Of a stretch of DNA of 32,000 nt, positions 27,393 to 32,000 are shown piece by piece. The notes beneath the pieces were generated by a model. That model did not search any database and was not told the origin of the DNA. It saw nothing but the letters and a program-made list of their open reading frames with translations. Source of the stretch: Nitrososphaeraceae archaeon (GTDB taxonomy: Archaea; Thermoproteota; Nitrososphaeria; Nitrososphaerales; Nitrososphaeraceae); assembly GCA_045808425.1 (NCBI GenBank), contig JBJMFM010000010.1:12044-44043 (forward strand), given 5' to 3'. A program made the position numbers and the translations under genes. Within the stretch, counting starts at the first letter, position 1; every line of letters starts with the position of its first letter.

Positions 27393-29366
27393 ATGTTACC
27401 TGTTCAATTGCTTAGAGCGAGAATAAAAAATAGGGGAAAAAATATAGATCCGCTCTTTTGCGAACATACTATTGATGACGACCGCGGCAATGGCTACGAG
27501 ATCCATTTAGCCTCAAAGCTGATTGAAGAATTTGAAGAGGCTTGGAAAAATAAAGAAAGGAATGGAGTGCTCGCTGATAGAATAGGTCTACTTGAAGAGC
27601 AATATGGAGATTACAAGTTAGTAAGAGGATTTTACACATTACTTCAGAGAAGGTGTATTTTAGGTTCGAAGAAAAGTACAGCCACAGAGACAAGTGGCAG
27701 TATAGCAAAAAGCTCCATGAATAGCAGGGTTAACCAGAACATTCCTGGTTTAGGACATCAGTCAATTGATCCATTCAGTATTAGGAGGGAACTATTCGAA
27801 GAATCATCTAAGAGAGGTTTTGCATTAACAGATTTTGAGAGAACAGAAATTATGGATGCAGTGGCATCAAGACTAGGAATAAGTATGGCCAGTCTATCTG
27901 AGGCTATGTGGAGTGACCTAGAGGATAACCTCATAATTGAACATTTTTTTAAGATAACTCCAAAGGAACTTGTAGGATGGTATAACCTGTCTCTAATTCA
28001 AACGCTGCTATTCAATTGCACAGAACTAGAGTTTTCCGTAAGCGGAGGATCAAACTGGAAACGTGTTTTGAGAGATCTAAAAAGACTTGGTCTCATGTAT
28101 CATCTGGAACAACGGCAACAGGTCAGCAGAGAGCAAAAAGAAACGTATCTAGATGACAAGGTACAGCAAGTCGCAAATTGCTTGTCTGCAGTAAAAGATG
28201 ATGCCACCACCATAGTATGTTCTGTAAATGGCCCTTTGAGTATATTCAAATTAACTGATCGATATGGGACATCGATTGCAAAGCTGCTTCCATCAATAAT
28301 TTCTACTGATAAATGGTTTATTTCAGCTTGGATTGTAAGAAAGAATTTAACCTCCGGGAAGAGGGTATATGAATTTGAACTATCATACAATAGATCTCCT
28401 TTGTTGTTACGTGAACCTGTTCGCGATAGAGTTAAAATTAGCAGATTGAATCAAGAATTTGTCTCAGGTAGTCCTGATATTACTAGTAATACTTACTATG
28501 ACAGCAAAGTAGAAGAAAACTTTGCAAAGAGGTTTATACAATCCGGCAACGGGTGGAGCCTAATAAGAGAACCTGATCCGATTATTCTATCTAATGGCAA
28601 AGCCTTGATCCCGGACTTCTTGTTTGAAAAATATGGCAAAAGGATATACCTCGAGATAGTAGGATTTTGGACCAAAGAATACCTTGAAAAGAAGTTTGAG
28701 AAGATAAGAGACGTATCAGTAACAGAAACAACTAATAGAGTTGACTTCCTAATAGCAGTTAACAGCGACTACCATGCCGCTTCTAGTAATGTTGCTGGCA
28801 CTAAGGTAAAATTAGGCATTTCACAGCTATCTAATTTCATCCAGAAGAACCATCTAATAATGTACAAGAATGACAGTGTACCTCTAAGGCCTATATTGGA
28901 ATATCTAAAGTATATTGAACAAAGGATCGAGCAACAAATGGTAAGCCAGTATTCTAAGAGCTTGCTAGGAGAACTAGATCACATTATTGAAGTAGCTGAT
29001 CCGAAGAATAGCATAATATCGGTTGAAGATATCGCCAAAAAATACAATATATCGATCGAAGCCGCACTAAGGATTATCAGGTCTGAAGCTGAGATAGACG
29101 AAAATAAAAAGGAAAATGAAAATTATGATAAAGATGGTCATACCAAGTTCATAATAGTAGGCAAGTACCTGATCTTAGATCCAAAGGCAAATGAGTTGAA
29201 GTCGCTCTTAGAGAAAACAACAAGGTATAATGAGGCTAGTATACTTTTTATGAAAAATGGAATTCCAGAAGAATGCCATCTTGATCTTATCTCTAAATTG
29301 GGATTTAACATAATATGGAAAGGTATAGATTATAATACGGCGACTATTGAAAAGAAATATTCGTAG
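27393..29366 (+). CDS. Bax1-like XPB-associated nuclease (DUF790) with a long C-terminal extension
   Basis: Starts 3 nt after the XPB stop. 'LLPVQLLRARIKNRGKNIDPLF'-type N-terminus and a nuclease core 'PDFLFEKYGKRIYLEIVGFWTKEYLEKKFEKI'. Confidence 0.92.
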   Translation: MLPVQLLRARIKNRGKNIDPLFCEHTIDDDRGNGYEIHLASKLIEEFEEAWKNKERNGVLADRIGLLEEQYGDYKLVRGFYTLLQRRCILGSKKSTATETSGSIAKSSMNSRVNQNIPGLGHQSIDPFSIRRELFEESSKRGFALTDFERTEIMDAVASRLGISMASLSEAMWSDLEDNLIIEHFFKITPKELVGWYNLSLIQTLLFNCTELEFSVSGGSNWKRVLRDLKRLGLMYHLEQRQQVSREQKETYLDDKVQQVANCLSAVKDDATTIVCSVNGPLSIFKLTDRYGTSIAKLLPSIISTDKWFISAWIVRKNLTSGKRVYEFELSYNRSPLLLREPVRDRVKISRLNQEFVSGSPDITSNTYYDSKVEENFAKRFIQSGNGWSLIREPDPIILSNGKALIPDFLFEKYGKRIYLEIVGFWTKEYLEKKFEKIRDVSVTETTNRVDFLIAVNSDYHAASSNVAGTKVKLGISQLSNFIQKNHLIMYKNDSVPLRPILEYLKYIEQRIEQQMVSQYSKSLLGELDHIIEVADPKNSIISVEDIAKKYNISIEAALRIIRSEAEIDENKKENENYDKDGHTKFIIVGKYLILDPKANELKSLLEKTTRYNEASILFMKNGIPEECHLDLISKLGFNIIWKGIDYNTATIEKKYS

Positions 29367-29656
29367 ACTTAGTTTTTTTGCCATTCCATACTTTGATCGT
29401 AGCGAAAAATCTAAGAGATTCTTGGCAGGGTCGTTAACTATCGCATCAAGATATGCAGGTCCAGCGCAATTCAATAAATTGTCAATTAATATTAAGAGGG
29501 TTAAGATATATGTAAAAATTATTTATTATATTGAAAACTATAAATCCCGAGTTATAGATTGAAGTATTTATTTCATTAATAACTGCTACAGGCGTGTAGT
29601 TAGGCGAATTTTATACTTATATTCTCAACAGTATATACGTACATATAGTATTCTGT

Positions 29657-30985
29657 TTGCAAAGCCATTATAATATTACCATCATAGGAAGCGGCATTTT
29701 AGGCACCTCAGTAGCATATTTTTTATCTTCTATATATGGCTCAAAGGTTCTAGTGATCGAGCAGGAAAGAAATGTCGCATTCCATACGAGCAGCAGGAAT
29801 ACAGGGAAAGTACATGCACCGATTCTTTATGATCCATTGAAGAAGAAGCTTTTTGCTAAAGCTGCGTTTCTAGGGTATGACATGTGGTACAAGTACTCCA
29901 ATCGCAAACAAGTGCTTTTCAAGCAGGACGGTGTCTTGGAGGTTGCTATCGATCAGAGGGGCACGGATAGGCTTCAGAGATACATGGAATGGGGAGAAGC
30001 AAATGGCCTAAGACCAGATGAGGAAATTAAACTCTTAGAAAAAAATGATGTTAAAAAGCTGGAGCCTAGCGTTCATTGTAATGCCGGATTGTACTGCTCA
30101 AGAGATGCTTCAGCAGACTATGGATGTCTGACAAGATGCCTTTTTCAGGATTGTGAGTCATTTGGGTGTAGTTTCTTACTTGGACACAGACTTAGGGCTG
30201 TAATGCAGTCAGGTCATGAAGGGTTAATAATGATCGTAGATGGCGGAGAAAAAGAAAAAAGAATCACGACTGAATTTCTAATTAATGCTGCTGGCGGAAA
30301 TGCGCTAGATATTGCACACTCTATGTATTTGGCCAAAGAGTTTACAGATCTTCATTTTAGAGGAGAGTATTGGCAGGCTCCGGCAAAATACCGAGACCTT
30401 ACAAAACGAAGCATCTATTCAGTACCCAAAATACCTGACTACCCCTTCCTAGATCCGCATTGGATAGTTCGTATAGATGGAAGGCGCGAAGTCGGTCCAA
30501 ACGCTGTTCCAGTTTTTGGTCCCTATGCGTATGACTGGAGAAAAAACCTAAAATATTTCCTACCAAAAATATTTGAATCGTTGAGAACGACTGGTGCTCG
30601 AAAGATCCTTTTTGATAGACAATTCCTATCTCTTATCAGCAATGAACTGAAAAGTTCGCTTTCCAAATCTGCAATGATAAACAGAGCCAAGAAATTTTTG
30701 CCTCAGTTAACTGTATCTGCATTTTCAAGAAAGGGAACAGCTGGTATTAGATCCCTATTGGTAAACAAGGATGGAAGATTTGTACCAGATACATTAATAA
30801 TTAAACAACAGGATTCCATACATGTTCTAAACTATAATTCTCCAGGCGCCACCGGAGCCTTGCCTATGGCCGCAATGATCGTAAACCAATTATTTGAAGA
30901 TGGCGTCCTCAGTTCTGTAGGCGATTGGGTTGAAGGTAAATCAATGTGGGACTTCAGGGAAATTGCCCATAAAATGAATACATAA
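29657..30985 (+). CDS. FAD-dependent L-2-hydroxyglutarate oxidase-like protein (TTG start)
   Basis: 'ITIIGSGILGTSVAYFLSS', 'NTGKVHAPILYDP', 'FLINAAGGNALDIA', 'PKIPDYPFLDPHWI', 'VGPNAVPVFGPYAYDW'. Confidence 0.88.
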   Translation: MQSHYNITIIGSGILGTSVAYFLSSIYGSKVLVIEQERNVAFHTSSRNTGKVHAPILYDPLKKKLFAKAAFLGYDMWYKYSNRKQVLFKQDGVLEVAIDQRGTDRLQRYMEWGEANGLRPDEEIKLLEKNDVKKLEPSVHCNAGLYCSRDASADYGCLTRCLFQDCESFGCSFLLGHRLRAVMQSGHEGLIMIVDGGEKEKRITTEFLINAAGGNALDIAHSMYLAKEFTDLHFRGEYWQAPAKYRDLTKRSIYSVPKIPDYPFLDPHWIVRIDGRREVGPNAVPVFGPYAYDWRKNLKYFLPKIFESLRTTGARKILFDRQFLSLISNELKSSLSKSAMINRAKKFLPQLTVSAFSRKGTAGIRSLLVNKDGRFVPDTLIIKQQDSIHVLNYNSPGATGALPMAAMIVNQLFEDGVLSSVGDWVEGKSMWDFREIAHKMNT

Positions 30986-31159
30986 GATACTTATCTATCC
31001 AAAGCTCCTAATGAGTATGATTGTTGGCGTTTTTGATTCGCTTTTACTTTTCCTACGTGGACTAAAAAGGTGGAAGTTTTCTATTTTGTTAGCTAGATGT
31101 TTTTATTGCTTTGCTTTTGTTAAAAAACAAAAGGTAAAGACTGGCTATAAAATGCTTCT

Positions 31160-31297
31160 TTAGCGTTTAGTACGCCTTGCAGCTGAGGCTATTACGTATG
31201 CCAATCCTACTATCAGGCCAAATGCCAATGGTATCCACACGCTGAAACTCTGCTGACTGAAATTTATTTGCTCTATTAAACTACTAATGAATTCCAT
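31160..31297 (-). CDS. Possible small single-TM protein (45 aa)
   Basis: Manually translated reverse strand: MEFISSLIEQINFSQQSFSVWIPLAFGLIVGLAYVIASAARRTKR*. ATG start, one clear TM helix followed by a positive tail. Below the ORF-track size cutoff. Confidence 0.55.
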   Translation of the reverse strand: MEFISSLIEQINFSQQSFSVWIPLAFGLIVGLAYVIASAARRTKR

Positions 31298-31516
31298 TTC
31301 TCTTATAGGATTCCCTTAGGTATAATATAAGGTTTATATTGTAACATTGGCGTAAATTGCTTTAGTATGTATCTATCCATGATTTCTATATACCCCCTTC
31401 TTATTTCATTCTACACTTCCAATTTTTAATTTATTTTAAGAAGCCTATCAATTTACCATAGTAAAGTGCTCAATATCGTGTTTCTATGCGGTGAGATTAA
31501 ATAACGCTAAATTGAA

Positions 31517-31807
31517 GTGCATGGTAACATGAAGATGCAAAAGGAACTTCGCAAGTTTTGTCCCAAATGCAAGACTCATACAGTACAATCAGTATCCATA
31601 TATAAAAAAGGGAGGGATAGGAAGACAGCAGAGGGTGCTCGAAGGCACGCAGAAGACAAGAAAGGCTATGGAGGACAAAAGTTCCCAGAGCTGAAGAGAA
31701 CTGCCAAGACTACGAAAAAAATCACTTTACGATATACATGCAAGAATTGTCAGAGAAAAACAATGAATGAGGGTATAAGAATGCGCAAAATGGAGATCCA
31801 AGCTTAA
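31517..31807 (+). CDS. rpl44e: 50S ribosomal protein L44e (start may be the internal Met giving MKMQKELRKF...)
   Basis: 'KFCPKCKTHTVQSVSIYKKGRDRKTAEGARRHAEDKKGYGGQKFPELKRTAKTTKKITLRYTCKNCQRK'. Confidence 0.96.
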   Translation: MHGNMKMQKELRKFCPKCKTHTVQSVSIYKKGRDRKTAEGARRHAEDKKGYGGQKFPELKRTAKTTKKITLRYTCKNCQRKTMNEGIRMRKMEIQA

Positions 31808-31827
31808 TCGTTGTGAGTGAGTGAATT

Positions 31828-32000
31828 ATGGCAAGTAAAAATACTATAATGGTCCCAAAACCAAGTAGCAGATTTATATCTGTCCAATGCACACAATGCG
31901 GAGAAAAGAGGATTATGTTCAGTCATAGCACAAGAGATATACATTGCAAGTCTTGCGGAGAGATAATTGCCAAGAAAACAGGATCTAAAGCAAACATTGT
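31828..32000 (+). CDS. rps27e: 30S ribosomal protein S27e (truncated by the window end)
   Basis: MASKNTIMVPKPSSRFISVQCTQCGEKRIMFSHSTRDIHCKSCGEIIAKKTGSKANI. Zinc ribbon CxxC...CxxC, adjacent to L44e. Confidence 0.93.
   Translation, partial: MASKNTIMVPKPSSRFISVQCTQCGEKRIMFSHSTRDIHCKSCGEIIAKKTGSKANI

Noticed and set aside
29208-29562. ORFs overlapping the end of the Bax1 gene (29208..29474 - and 29347..29562 +)
   Set aside because: They overlap a supported coding end and have no motif or recognisable start context. The plus-strand one is not fully excluded, but nothing supports it.
1-32000. Search for CRISPR arrays, transposases, integrases, prophage genes or toxin-antitoxin pairs
   Set aside because: No regularly spaced repeats, IS-type genes or phage structural genes were seen. 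The only strong repeat is the coding cupredoxin duplication.

Overview
This is a gene-dense archaeal chromosomal window. Gene content points to an ammonia-oxidizing Thaumarchaeota/Nitrososphaeria-type genome: an archaeal histone, L44e/S27e, Hef-like and XPB helicases with Bax1, a cupredoxin-rich heme-copper oxidase cluster, and an F420-dependent reductase-like protein. Supported content includes a trpC-trpB-trpA cluster, DUF309, a tRNA-Cys with a probable 20-nt intron, histone, TatD, a START-like protein, Fe-alcohol dehydrogenase, a heme-copper oxidase locus (ctaA, a two-domain cupredoxin, coxA, a split coxB fused to a cupredoxin), a PspA/PspAA/PspAB/HtpX envelope-stress module, an aminotransferase, tRNA-Arg(TCG), a DNA-repair island (Hef-like helicase; XPB-Bax1), an LhgO-like oxidase, and L44e/S27e. 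I found no CRISPR array, transposon or prophage. The observations most worth follow-up are: (1) the oxidase locus, where a 305-bp cupredoxin-coding segment is duplicated almost identically and subunit II appears split; (2) the convergent PSP-type stress module with a very basic N-terminal extension on the PspAA-like protein; (3) a membrane protein beside the oxidase genes whose predicted mature N-terminus would be His; (4) a START-like plus ribbon-helix-helix fusion; (5) an orphan PD-(D/E)XK-like protein. All family assignments come from motif recognition by eye, not from database searches.
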